The translations under genes were made by a program, and so were the position numbers. From an uncultured delta proteobacterium (GTDB lineage Bacteria > Desulfobacterota > Binatia > JACPRU01), in contig CAVUWD010000006.1 in NCBI GenBank assembly GCA_963745025.1, forward strand, positions 64,001-128,000: a stretch of DNA of 64,000 bases, given 5' to 3'. The notes beneath the pieces are model-generated. The model had not been told where the DNA came from and searched no databases. It saw only the letters and a list, made by a program, of their open reading frames with translations. This document shows positions 51,201 through 60,464 of the stretch, one piece after another (within the stretch, counting starts at the first letter, position 1; each line of letters starts with the position of its first letter).

Positions 51201-51249
51201 CCCGCCGAAGCCTGCGCCTGTTACCGTTCGGGCTGATCGGAGGTGCACC

Positions 51250-51447
51250 ATGTTGCTGCGAATCGCCTGCGTCCGCTGTCGCCTGGCCTCGCTCTGGACC
51301 GACGAGCCGGGTTGCTTCCTGGCCACCGTTTGTTGCGATCCGCGGCGCTGCGAAGCGAAGCTGCTCGACGAGGAATTCCGCGGCGTGAGCCTGCCGCCGC
51401 TCGTCGAACCGCGCGGACCGCGCCCCGAGAGACGGGCCAAGCTTTAG
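51250..51447 (+). CDS. Small Cys-rich hypothetical protein
   Basis: RBS GGAGGT. CVRC...GC...CCDPRRC in 65 aa. Confidence 0.55.
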   Translation: MLLRIACVRCRLASLWTDEPGCFLATVCCDPRRCEAKLLDEEFRGVSLPPLVEPRGPRPERRAKL

Positions 51448-51518
51448 AGCGGCACGCTTCCATGCTACGCATCCCCAGGATCGGGCCCGCCGGGGCCGCG
51501 CCCTCCTCGTTCACTCCG

Positions 51519-52289
51519 ATGCCCGAGAGCCAGTTCAACGCCGTCGCCTTCGTCGAAAACGTCTCCCTCCGGGACTGGGCGACCCTCTTCCCCGCTGCAA
51601 AACGCTCGACTCACGAGCTGCGCTCCGCGCTCGCCGGCGGCGGTGAGGTCTTCGCCTATCCGTTCGGGGCGGTGGTTTTTCGCGATGTGCCGCCGGCACG
51701 GCGCGAAGCCGAGCTCGAGAGGCTTCGCCGGGCGTATCCCGCGCTGTCGCCGCCGGCGACGCAGGAGCAGTTCTCCGTCCGCGAGGACTCGACGGCGAAG
51801 GCCGGGGTGACCCAAGGCGCGCTCGTTCTCGATCAGCTGACCGAGGACCGCATCGGCGTGGTCGCCCACACCGTCGCCCAGAGTGCGGCGCTCGAGTACT
51901 ACGAGCACATCGTGGAGGATCTTTTCGCCCGCACCGACAAGCTCGTCGACCGCCTCGAGATGCGCGGCACGGTGTCGCTCTGGACGCGACCGCTCCATCG
52001 CTTCATCGGCGCCGCGGTGGGCGCCCGCAACGAAGTGCTCGCCGTGCTCCACCTGCTCGACAAGCCCGACGAGACTTGGGAAGACCCGGTGATGAACCGG
52101 ATCTACGACGAGCTGCGGGCCGAGTTCGACCTGGCCGACCGCTTTCAAGCGCTCGAGCTGAAGCTCCGTAGCGTCCAGGAGGCGCTGGAGCTCGTGCTCG
52201 GCGTCGCTCGCGACCGACGCCTTCTGCTGCTCGAGATCGCCATCGTGATCCTCTTCTGCATGGAAGTCGCGGCTGGCCTTCTGCGTTGA
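51519..52289 (+). CDS. RMD1/DUF155 family protein
   Basis: FAYPFGAVVF, VAQSAALEYYE, LLDKPDETWEDP, EFDLADRF and C-terminal TM LEIAIVILF. An alternative start is at 51462. Confidence 0.85.
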   Translation: MPESQFNAVAFVENVSLRDWATLFPAAKRSTHELRSALAGGGEVFAYPFGAVVFRDVPPARREAELERLRRAYPALSPPATQEQFSVREDSTAKAGVTQGALVLDQLTEDRIGVVAHTVAQSAALEYYEHIVEDLFARTDKLVDRLEMRGTVSLWTRPLHRFIGAAVGARNEVLAVLHLLDKPDETWEDPVMNRIYDELRAEFDLADRFQALELKLRSVQEALELVLGVARDRRLLLLEIAIVILFCMEVAAGLLR

Positions 52290-52320
52290 CTGACGACCGC
52301 TTCCGCTCGCGAGCAGCGCT

Positions 52321-52455
52321 CTATCGTGCGCGGAGCGCGGGCGATTCGCCGAAGAGCTCTAGGACGAGCTCGTTGAGCATGCGCTCGACGAGCCGCGAGA
52401 GAACGATCGCGCCGAAGGTCGCCATTGCGACGACGGCAAAGGCGAAGTCCATCAT
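52321..52455 (-). CDS. 44-aa single-TM microprotein
   Basis: MMDFAFAVVAMATFGAIVLSRLVERMLNELVLELFGESPALRAR. RBS GAGAGGGG; ATGA overlap with the upstream microprotein. Confidence 0.5.
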   Translation of the reverse strand: MMDFAFAVVAMATFGAIVLSRLVERMLNELVLELFGESPALRAR

Positions 52456-52577
52456 CGCGAACTACCCCTCTCCCCACCCTTGGCCGAAGGGCTCACTCGC
52501 GCCGCAATCATCACGAAGACGACGACGCATACCGAGAACGCGAAGAGGAGGGAAGATTCGGTCGGCATCACACCCAT
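52452..52577 (-). CDS. 41-aa single-TM microprotein
   Basis: MGVMPTESSLLFAFSVCVVVFVMIAARVSPSAKGGERGSSR. Strong RBS AGGAGG 5 nt upstream. Confidence 0.5.
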   Translation of the reverse strand: MGVMPTESSLLFAFSVCVVVFVMIAARVSPSAKGGERGSSR

Positions 52578-52605
52578 GGCTGCCTCCTATGGCGCTTCTA
52601 CCGAG

Positions 52606-53330
52606 TCAGCGAGAGCGCGCCACCGACGCGGTCTGCGGCTGCCGACCGACGCGGCGGGTACCCCCGATGGCAAAAGCGTTTTCGCCGGCTAGCCTTCCGA
52701 GGCGCTTTCGGCGGTTCCGCCGCCGGTTCCTTCTTACCCGAAAGCCGAGCTCGACCCCGAAGCATCGCTCCCAGAGATCTGCCTTGCGCCGCGCGGCCCA
52801 GAGCTCGAGCAGGGGTTCGCGTCCCGCCGTGTCGATCTCGATCACCTGGCCGCCGTTCAGCCGTGCCAGGCGCAGGTGCCGTACGATCGCCTGGTGGCCG
52901 CGATCGAGACCGTCGGCGACGCGGAGAATCGCCGCCAGCCGTATGATTCGTCTACCCGCCTCGGCGTCGAATTCTTTCAGATCGTCGTGCGTGGGCTTCG
53001 GAGGCGCTCCTCGATGGAAGCGTGCAATCGTGGCGATCCAGCGGACTTCTTCGCGCTCGAAACCGGGCAGCGAGCTATGCAGGATCAAGTACTGCGAATG
53101 CCGGTGATGCTTGAAGTGATTGACGGAGGTCCCGACGTCATGAAGGAGCGCTGCGCACTCGAGCAGCTCGCGCTCCACCGGGCCCAGACCGTGGATTTCC
53201 TTTGCCGAATCGAAGAGCTCGAGCGCGAGCCGTGCCACGTGCCGACCGTGGTCCGGGTCCGCATCGATCAGCGCGGCGAGGGCGAGAACCGCACGACGGC
53301 GAGCCGCGGGCAGACTCCACCCGTTCCGCT
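52606..53330 (-). CDS. Stand-alone Ppx/GppA C-terminal HD domain (start uncertain)
   Basis: WSLPAARRRAVLAL..DPDHGRHVARLALELFD, AALLHDVG, HHRHSQYLI and LRVADGLDRGH. The ASKHA catalytic domain is absent. Confidence 0.75.
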
Positions 53331-53438
53331 CTCCCCAAGCTTCTGGAAGCTCGGGTCTCGCGAACTTCGGACTCCTTTCGGAAGCCGGCCGATATGGAAG
53401 AGCGGAAGCCAGAGCGCTTCCGAGATACCACCCTCACC

Positions 53439-53476
53439 GTTACCGTTCGGTTAGCGGGATGCGATTTTGCGGTTAA
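53439..53476 (-). promoter_or_regulatory. Pho-box-like repeats upstream of the HD-domain gene
   Basis: Minus strand TTAAC-N17-CTAAC-N6-GTAAC, in 11-bp phase. Confidence 0.55.
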
Positions 53477-53692
53477 CTCTTCCCAGCGGTCGGCGCGCCG
53501 TCGATCGGCGGTGCCTGCGCGCCCGGGTTGGCGGCCGACGGTGAAGGAGCAGCCGAGGAGGGGTGGCGCCGCCGCGTCGTCTGCATCCTAGCTCCCAGTC
53601 AGGCCGACCTGAGCGGCGCCGGTCTCAAGGGCGCCGATCCCCATTCTCGAGCGATCGTCCACGGGCTGATCGGCGCCCGCTCTCGTCGATCT

Positions 53693-53941
53693 TCAGGAGG
53701 GCGACGGGCTCTGCTGGGCCGGGGGATTCTGCCTCACCCGACCGAGTCTCCTGAGCGACCGTTCGATACGACGCGTGACGAGGATCGGAAGAAACGTGCG
53801 AATCCGGGCCGCCGCCGTGAGCTCGTTCAGACCGTCATCGTACAGACGGACGAGATCTTGGCGGGATACGTCGAACTCGGTGGCGAGGCGGTCGAGGTCC
53901 CCACTTATCCTCCGCGCCTCCTGCTGTGCCCCTTCGACCAT
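53693..53941 (-). CDS. DUF3562-like small three-helix protein, copy 1
   Basis: LDRLATEF...LY...L...ARIRTFLPILVTRR. Confidence 0.7.
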   Translation of the reverse strand: MVEGAQQEARRISGDLDRLATEFDVSRQDLVRLYDDGLNELTAAARIRTFLPILVTRRIERSLRRLGRVRQNPPAQQSPSPS

Positions 53942-54084
53942 GGTTTCCCGCTCTTCCTCACCGCTCTGCAGCCGGATCTAGCGCGACGACCTTCTTCATA
54001 GCATGACATGCGCGAACCGCAAGGGTCGCGATTCGGCCGGTGGCGGGTCATTCGGCCAGCACTCCCGACGCCGTAACCTCGCGG

Positions 54085-54525
54085 CTATGTCGCCGTATCT
54101 GCGGCCGGTGGCTTCGGTGGCACGATCGGAGCGACGGCGGGACTTTCCTCGATCTCCGGCAACTCCGCGGAGCGATCAACGCGCGTGGCGGTAACTCGGG
54201 ACGATCGCGCCTGCGGGGACGACTTCTTCGCGGCCATCGTCTTGCCCGCCGCGCTTGGCGACGCCGGCTCTTGTGCCTTCCGCTTCGCCTTCTTGCGCGC
54301 CTTGGAGAGTCTCTTCGAAGCCCTGCGAGCGTCCTTCTGTGCCGACTTGGCCACCTTCTTCGCCTGCTTGAGCTCGCGGCGGGCGCGCCGCAGAGCGGCC
54401 TCGGCCGCGCTCACGCTCGCCGTCGCTGCTTTGTAGCCTCTCTCCGCCTGCGCCAGCCCGGCAGCCGCCTTCTGCGCAGCCTTGAGCGCCGTATCCGCAG
54501 CCTCTTCGAGTCGCTTCAGTTTCAT
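54085..54525 (-). CDS. Lys/Ala/Arg-rich histone-like coiled-coil protein
   Basis: RBS GGAGA. ELKQAKKVAKSAQKDARRASKRLSKARKKAKRK. Confidence 0.7.
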   Translation of the reverse strand: MKLKRLEEAADTALKAAQKAAAGLAQAERGYKAATASVSAAEAALRRARRELKQAKKVAKSAQKDARRASKRLSKARKKAKRKAQEPASPSAAGKTMAAKKSSPQARSSRVTATRVDRSAELPEIEESPAVAPIVPPKPPAADTAT

Positions 54526-54646
54526 CTTTCGATCTCCCTCTTCTCCGTGGAGGCCGGCCATCCGCGCAAGCCGGCGGCGACGCATCGGAGCCGCAAAGCA
54601 TACCGAAGTCTTCTCGCGGACTTCAATCGCGGCACGAAATTACCCG

Positions 54647-54700
54647 TTCACCAAGCCCTCACGACACCTTGACCTCACCCCTTGTCGTCCGGTTTAAAGT
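54647..54700 (+). promoter_or_regulatory. Pho-box-like repeats and -10 element upstream of ppk1
   Basis: TTCAC-N6-CTCAC-N6-TTGAC, then TAAAGT 7 nt before the GTG at 54708. Confidence 0.6.
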
Positions 54701-54707
54701 CTGGCTG

Positions 54708-56825
54708 GTGTCCACTCAACCCGCAACCGCGACCCCCGAGTCCACGAACGAAGCGAGCCCGCCCACGAGCGCGAGCCCGTTTCTCAACCGCGAGCTCTCG
54801 CTCCTGCAGTTCAACCTTCGCGTCCTCGAGCAAGCGCGCGATGCGTCGACTCCGCTCCTCGAGCGCCTGCGGTTCCTGACGATCTCGAGCTCGAACCTCG
54901 ACGAGTTCTTCGAGATCCGCGTGGCGGGGCTGAAGCAGCAGATCGTCGCGGGAGTGGCGAAGGCGGGGCCCGACGGCCTCCGCCCGCACGAGGTGCTGGC
55001 ACGGGTCGCCGAGTTCGCCCGGCAGCTCGTCGTCGAGCAGTACCGCATCCTGAACGAGCACTTGCTGCCGGCCCTCGATCGCGAGGGTATCCGCATCCTC
55101 AAGCGATCCACCTGGAATCCTGCGCGACGGCGCTGGATCCAGCGCTACTTCGAGCGCGAAGTGCTTCCGGTTCTGACACCGATCGGACTCGATCCCGCGC
55201 ATCCGTTCCCGAAAATCGTCAACAAGAGCCTGAACTTCGTGGTCTCGCTCCAAGGCAAGGACGCTTTCGGCCGGCAGAGCGAGCACGCGGTCGTTCAAGC
55301 CCCTCGCGTGCTGCCGAGGCTGATCGCGCTGCCGGCAGAAATCACGCAGGCGCCGTTCGAATTCGTCATGCTCTCGTCGATCATTCATGCCCACGTCGGC
55401 GTGCTCTTCCCGGGGATGGCGGTGAAAGGCTGCAATCAATTCCGAGTCACCCGCAACAGCGACCTATGGGTGGACGAAGAAGAAGTCGAGGATCTACTGC
55501 ACGCGCTCCAAGGCGAGCTCTTCCGGCGTAACTACGGCAGTGCCGTGCGCCTCGAGGTGACGACGAACTCGAGCGCCCCGGTGACCGAATTCCTCCTCGA
55601 GCAGTTCGAGCTCTCGCGTGAAGACCTCTTCGTCGTCGACGGGCCCGTGAACCTCAATCGGCTGTCGAGGCTCTACGACTTCGTCGATCGACCCGATCTC
55701 AAGTATCCGCCGTTCACGCCCGGCCTCGGCAAGGTGCTCTCGGCGAGTGAGGACATCTTCGAGACGATCCGCACGCGCGACGTGGTGCTCCATCATCCGT
55801 ACCAGTCGTTCGCCCCGGTCGTGGAGCTCGTGCGCCAGGCGGCGGACGACCCGAACGTACTGGCGATCAAGCAGACCCTCTACCGCACCGGCAAGGATTC
55901 TCCCATGGCGGAGGCCCTGCTCCGCGCCGCCCGTGCGGGCAAGGAGGTCACCGCGGTCGTCGAGCTCCGCGCGCGCTTCGACGAGCAAGCCAACATCGAG
56001 CTCGCCACGCGGCTGCAGGAGCTCGGCGCCAAAGTCGTCTACGGAATCGTCGGATACAAGACACACGCCAAGATGCTGCTCGTCGTGCGTCGCGAGGGAG
56101 CCAACTTGCAACGCTACGTGCACCTCGGCACCGGCAACTATCACACGGCCAACACCCGGAATTACACGGATCTCAGCCTGCTCACGTGCAACGAAGAGAT
56201 CGGCGAAGACGTCCACAATCTCTTCCAACAGCTCACCGGGCTCGGACGAGTGAGCGAGCTGAAGAAGCTCCTGCAGTCGCCCTTTTCGCTGCACAAGGCG
56301 CTCGTCGAGTTCATCGAGGCGGAGGCGGAGAACGCTCGTCAGGGCAAGCCGGCCCGCATCGCTGCCAAGATGAACGCGCTGATCGAGCCGACCATCATCG
56401 AGGCTCTCTATCGCGCCTCGCAGGCGGGCGTGCCGATCGATCTCGTCGTTCGCGGCATGTGCTGTCTGAAGCCCGGCGTCGCGGGGCTTTCCGAAAACAT
56501 TCGCGTGCGCTCGATCGTCGGGCGCTTCCTCGAACACTGTCGAATCTTCTATTTCCTCGCCGGCGGCACGCATCGCACCTACTGCGGCAGCGCGGACTGG
56601 ATGCAACGAAACTTCTTCGGCCGCGTCGAGGCGTGCTTCCCGATCGAGGACCCGGAGCTGCGCGAGCGTGTCGTCCAGGAGGGCATCACGACATACCTCG
56701 AAGACGACTCCCAGGCATGGGAGCTTCAGGCCGACGGCACGTATCGTAAAGCCGAGCCTCTGGGCCCGGAGCCCAAGCGCGCTCAGGAGGTCTTACTCGC
56801 GCGCCTGGCGACGCGGGTCGGATAG
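54708..56825 (+). CDS. ppk1: Polyphosphate kinase 1
   Basis: FLNRELSLLQFN, SNLDEFFEIRVAGLK, DPAHPFP, IKQTLYR, KTHAK, HLGTGNY and GSADWMQRN. Confidence 0.96.
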   Translation: MSTQPATATPESTNEASPPTSASPFLNRELSLLQFNLRVLEQARDASTPLLERLRFLTISSSNLDEFFEIRVAGLKQQIVAGVAKAGPDGLRPHEVLARVAEFARQLVVEQYRILNEHLLPALDREGIRILKRSTWNPARRRWIQRYFEREVLPVLTPIGLDPAHPFPKIVNKSLNFVVSLQGKDAFGRQSEHAVVQAPRVLPRLIALPAEITQAPFEFVMLSSIIHAHVGVLFPGMAVKGCNQFRVTRNSDLWVDEEEVEDLLHALQGELFRRNYGSAVRLEVTTNSSAPVTEFLLEQFELSREDLFVVDGPVNLNRLSRLYDFVDRPDLKYPPFTPGLGKVLSASEDIFETIRTRDVVLHHPYQSFAPVVELVRQAADDPNVLAIKQTLYRTGKDSPMAEALLRAARAGKEVTAVVELRARFDEQANIELATRLQELGAKVVYGIVGYKTHAKMLLVVRREGANLQRYVHLGTGNYHTANTRNYTDLSLLTCNEEIGEDVHNLFQQLTGLGRVSELKKLLQSPFSLHKALVEFIEAEAENARQGKPARIAAKMNALIEPTIIEALYRASQAGVPIDLVVRGMCCLKPGVAGLSENIRVRSIVGRFLEHCRIFYFLAGGTHRTYCGSADWMQRNFFGRVEACFPIEDPELRERVVQEGITTYLEDDSQAWELQADGTYRKAEPLGPEPKRAQEVLLARLATRVG

Positions 56826-56969
56826 CGCCGAACGAAGGTACGATCCGCGTGCTTCGCTCGACCGCTCCGCCGCCTCCGCTGCGTCGGCGTTGGCCGTCGC
56901 CGACCCGTCCGTCATTCCCGTCTACGCGAACTGCTCGTGGTGAATCGGCCGTAACGACGGAGTGAAGAG

Positions 56970-57932
56970 TTGAAGGGAAAACACGAAGCGGCGGCGGAAC
57001 CCGTGCAGACGCCAGGCGCTCCTGCACAAGAGACGTCGGAGAATGCCGATGCGCTTGGGTTGTCGAAGCTCGTCAAGGAGCACATCCACGACCTCTCCGC
57101 GGTCCTCGGCAACGTCCTCGCGACAGGGGACCCCGACGCGGTTCACGACCTGCGGGTAGTGACGCGCCGCCTCCAGCAAGTGCTCTCCGCACTCTCGCCG
57201 GCGCCGCGGCCGAAGCGCGTTCAACGCCTCCGCAAGACGCTCCGGCGCGTGCGTCGGGCGCTCGGCGCCTGGCGCAACTACGACGTCATACTCGAGACGG
57301 TCGCAAAGCGCCGGAAAGCCACCCGCAGCCCGCGCAAGCGTGCGGCGTGGACGCTCGTGCGCGAGCATCTCGAGAAGCAACGCGTCGACGAGATGATTCG
57401 TGCTCGGCGGCGGCTCCTCGACAAGGATCTCTCGGGCTTCGCCGATCGGCTCGAGACCGTCATCACGAACCTACTGCAGCAGACGCAGCCGCATGACGTG
57501 CAGCGCGCGGTTCTCGCTCGAGTCGAAGCGGCGTGGCGCGACTGGCAAGCGGCGCTGTCGCGAGCCGAGCAGACGTGTGCAGTGACGACCGTTCACGGGC
57601 TGCGGATCGCAACCAAGCGTCTCCGCTACCGCGTCGAGCTCGCTCGGGCGCTCGGCGACGAAGCGGCCGAGCCGGTTCTCGAATGGGCTCGCGCGGTGCA
57701 GCAGGAGCTCGGCGCCTGGCACGACCACCAAGTCCTGCAGCAGCTCATGGCCGAGTCGCTCGCCCGGCCGGAGGTCCTGCTCGGAGCGGTCGAAATCGTC
57801 CGGGTCGTGCTTGCGGAGCTCGAGCGGGAGCGACACTGCTCCCCGGCCGCCGACATGACGATCGTTCGCCGGACGCGGCCGGAAGACGGCCGCGAGGTGA
57901 TGGGGCGATGGCCAAGTTGGCAGGCGCCATGA
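56970..57932 (+). CDS. CHAD domain protein (polyphosphate-binding)
   Basis: DAVHDLRVVTRRL, LGAWRNYDV, VHGLRIATKRLRY and QQELGAWHD. Confidence 0.9.
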   Translation: MKGKHEAAAEPVQTPGAPAQETSENADALGLSKLVKEHIHDLSAVLGNVLATGDPDAVHDLRVVTRRLQQVLSALSPAPRPKRVQRLRKTLRRVRRALGAWRNYDVILETVAKRRKATRSPRKRAAWTLVREHLEKQRVDEMIRARRRLLDKDLSGFADRLETVITNLLQQTQPHDVQRAVLARVEAAWRDWQAALSRAEQTCAVTTVHGLRIATKRLRYRVELARALGDEAAEPVLEWARAVQQELGAWHDHQVLQQLMAESLARPEVLLGAVEIVRVVLAELERERHCSPAADMTIVRRTRPEDGREVMGRWPSWQAP

Positions 57933-58258
57933 TCTTTCACGGCTCAATGGCCGGCCTGCACGTTCCCTGTCAACGCTTCACGTACGCGGTCGCCCGCGCC
58001 CGCGCATGACTCGGGGCGGTGTGGATCGCTAGCGTCCCGAGTCAGAAGTTCGCTGACAAAATCGGGCGATGTTTTCCTGCGACCTGGTTGATCCAAGGGT
58101 CATCCATCGTCGGCTCTTCTAGATTGTGAGAAGGACGTTATCACCCCCGGGAACTGCGGGCGGGCAGAGCAAGCAATTCTGGTGGATTCATCGCTGGTCC
58201 GAACCTTGCAAATCCACGCATAGGATTCCGGATCTCGAGCCGCGTCCACCGTAACGTC

Positions 58259-58510
58259 ATGAACGCTCAAGCCACAGCTGCCCCCGCCCTCGCGAAATTC
58301 GCGCCCCAGATCGCGGAGCTTGCGGCACAGGCGGGTCTGCCTCTCGAAGCGGCAGAAGAGCTCTATCGGGTCGAGTTGGAACGGCTTCGGATGAACGCCC
58401 GTATCGTCGACTTTCTCCCAGTACTCGCGATGACGAGTCTCAAGCAACAGCTTCGCGAACGGCGGCGAAATGGATTATCGCCCGCTCACCAATTCTTAAA
58501 GGAATCATAA
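58259..58510 (+). CDS. DUF3562-like small three-helix protein, copy 2
   Basis: IAELAAQAG...LY..ELERLRMNARIVDFLPVLA. Confidence 0.7.
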   Translation: MNAQATAAPALAKFAPQIAELAAQAGLPLEAAEELYRVELERLRMNARIVDFLPVLAMTSLKQQLRERRRNGLSPAHQFLKES

Positions 58511-58544
58511 CCTCCCGTTCCCTGGAAGCGTGACAGGATGCGGC

Positions 58545-60464
58545 ATGCAACACCCGCCCACGGCACGTGAGCTGCGTTCGCTGCGAGGCGATCTTCTCCG
58601 CCTGCACCGCTCTCTGGTCGAGAGCGAGCTGGAGCTTGCGGCGAAGCTCTCCGCGATGCCCGCGCTACGGCGTGAGAGCGCTCGCAATCTGATCCACTAC
58701 CTGGCCCTTCGTCGTTACGACGTTCGCGGGCTTCAGGCGCGGCTTGCGAACGTCGGCTTGTCTTCGCTCGGGCGCGCGGAAGCACAAGTCTTGCCGAACC
58801 TGGATCGCGTCTTGTGGATTCTCGGGCGTCTCGTTCTTCGGAGTGCAACACGAACGGCTCCCCTCGACGGCTCAAAAGCAGCCGAGGGTCGGGAGCTCCT
58901 TCGAGAGAATACGAATGGTCTGCTCGGCCCGCCGCCGCCTCATCGAGGCGTGCGCATCATGGTCACCATGCCCTCCGAAGCGGCGAGCGACTACCCGCTG
59001 GTCCGAGAGCTTGTGACTCGCGGGATGGATTGCATGCGCATCAACTGCGCGCACGACGACTCGGTCATCTGGTCGCGAATCGCCGCCCACCTCGACAGAG
59101 CACGGCGAGAGGTCGGGCGGCCGTGCCGGTTGCTCATGGACCTGTCCGGACCGAAGCTTCGAACGGGCGAGATCGAGCCGGGCCCGCAAGTCCTGAAGTG
59201 GCGTCCGCTCCGTGATCGCCTCGGGCGAGTGGTCCTTCCGGCGCGGGTCTGGCTCACGCCAAGTGATTCTCCCGAGCCGGCCCCGCACGAGGGGGACGCG
59301 GTCGTGCACGTCCCGCGTGAGTGGTTGGCCCGCACCCGTGCGGGAGCTCGCGTCGTATTCCGGGACGCGCGCGAAAAGGTCCGCGTGATTCACCTGAGAG
59401 ACGCAGTCGGCGCCTCGCGCGTCGGCGAGTCTTCACAGACCGCGTACGTGACTCCGGGAACCGCGCTGCGGCTCGAAAAAACCGCGAGGCATCGTGAGCG
59501 CACCGCACGCGTCGGACCCTTGCCCGCCACGGAAGGCGGCATCCGGCTCGAGCTCGGCGATACGCTAGTCCTCTCGAGCGCATCTGCCCCGGGAGCAGGG
59601 GCCCTCCGCGATCGGCACGGCAATTTGCTGGCCCCTCCCCGCGTTCCATGCACGCTCCCCGAAGTATTCTCCCAGGTAAAGGCCGGGGAGCGAATCTGGT
59701 TCGACGACGGGCGAATCGGCGGAATGATTCGACGCGTCCGCAAAGACCACGTTCAGGTGGAGATCGTGCAATGCGCCGCGAAAGGAGCCACGCTCCGCAG
59801 CGACAAGGGAATCAATCTTCCCGATAGCGACCTCCGGCTGCCGGCGCTCACCCCCAAGGACATCGAGGATCTGGGCTTCGCGGCGGCACACGCAGACCTG
59901 ATCGGACTGTCGTTCGTGCAGCGTGAATCCGATGTTCTCGAGCTGCGCCGTCGACTGCGCGCGGTGGGAGCGGAGCAAATTGGCATCATCCTCAAGATCG
60001 AGACCCGCCGCGCCTTCGAGCGGTTGGCGGAGCTCGCGCTGGCGGCGCTCCAGCATCCCCGCTCCGGGATCATGATCGCGCGAGGTGACCTCGCTGTCGA
60101 ATGCGGATACGAGCGCCTGGCCGAAGTTCAGGAGGAAATCCTCTGGGTCAGCGAGGCGGCTCACCTGCCGGTCATTTGGGCCACGCAGGTTCTCGAGAGC
60201 TTGGCCAAGACGGGGCAGCCCTCTCGCGCAGAGATCACCGACGCCGCCATGGGAGAGCGGGCTGAGTGCGTGATGCTGAACAAGGGTCCGCACATCGTGA
60301 AGGCGGTCCAGGTGCTGGACGACATCTTACGCCGCATGCAATCGCACCAGGTAAAGAAGACGGCGATGCTGCGCGGGCTTCACATCGCGGCAGCGAACCA
60401 CGGTGAAGGCCTCGGCGCGTCCCATAGCTCAGACCCGCCGCTTCTTACCCGCGTTGAACGGTGA
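58545..60464 (+). CDS. pyk: Pyruvate kinase, long atypical form
   Basis: IMVTMP, RINCAHD, MDLSGPKLRTG, KGINLP, KIET, IARGDLAVE, ATQVLESL and ECVMLNKG. Has an N-terminal helical extension and an enlarged B domain, and no regulatory C-domain. Confidence 0.9.
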   Translation: MQHPPTARELRSLRGDLLRLHRSLVESELELAAKLSAMPALRRESARNLIHYLALRRYDVRGLQARLANVGLSSLGRAEAQVLPNLDRVLWILGRLVLRSATRTAPLDGSKAAEGRELLRENTNGLLGPPPPHRGVRIMVTMPSEAASDYPLVRELVTRGMDCMRINCAHDDSVIWSRIAAHLDRARREVGRPCRLLMDLSGPKLRTGEIEPGPQVLKWRPLRDRLGRVVLPARVWLTPSDSPEPAPHEGDAVVHVPREWLARTRAGARVVFRDAREKVRVIHLRDAVGASRVGESSQTAYVTPGTALRLEKTARHRERTARVGPLPATEGGIRLELGDTLVLSSASAPGAGALRDRHGNLLAPPRVPCTLPEVFSQVKAGERIWFDDGRIGGMIRRVRKDHVQVEIVQCAAKGATLRSDKGINLPDSDLRLPALTPKDIEDLGFAAAHADLIGLSFVQRESDVLELRRRLRAVGAEQIGIILKIETRRAFERLAELALAALQHPRSGIMIARGDLAVECGYERLAEVQEEILWVSEAAHLPVIWATQVLESLAKTGQPSRAEITDAAMGERAECVMLNKGPHIVKAVQVLDDILRRMQSHQVKKTAMLRGLHIAAANHGEGLGASHSSDPPLLTRVER

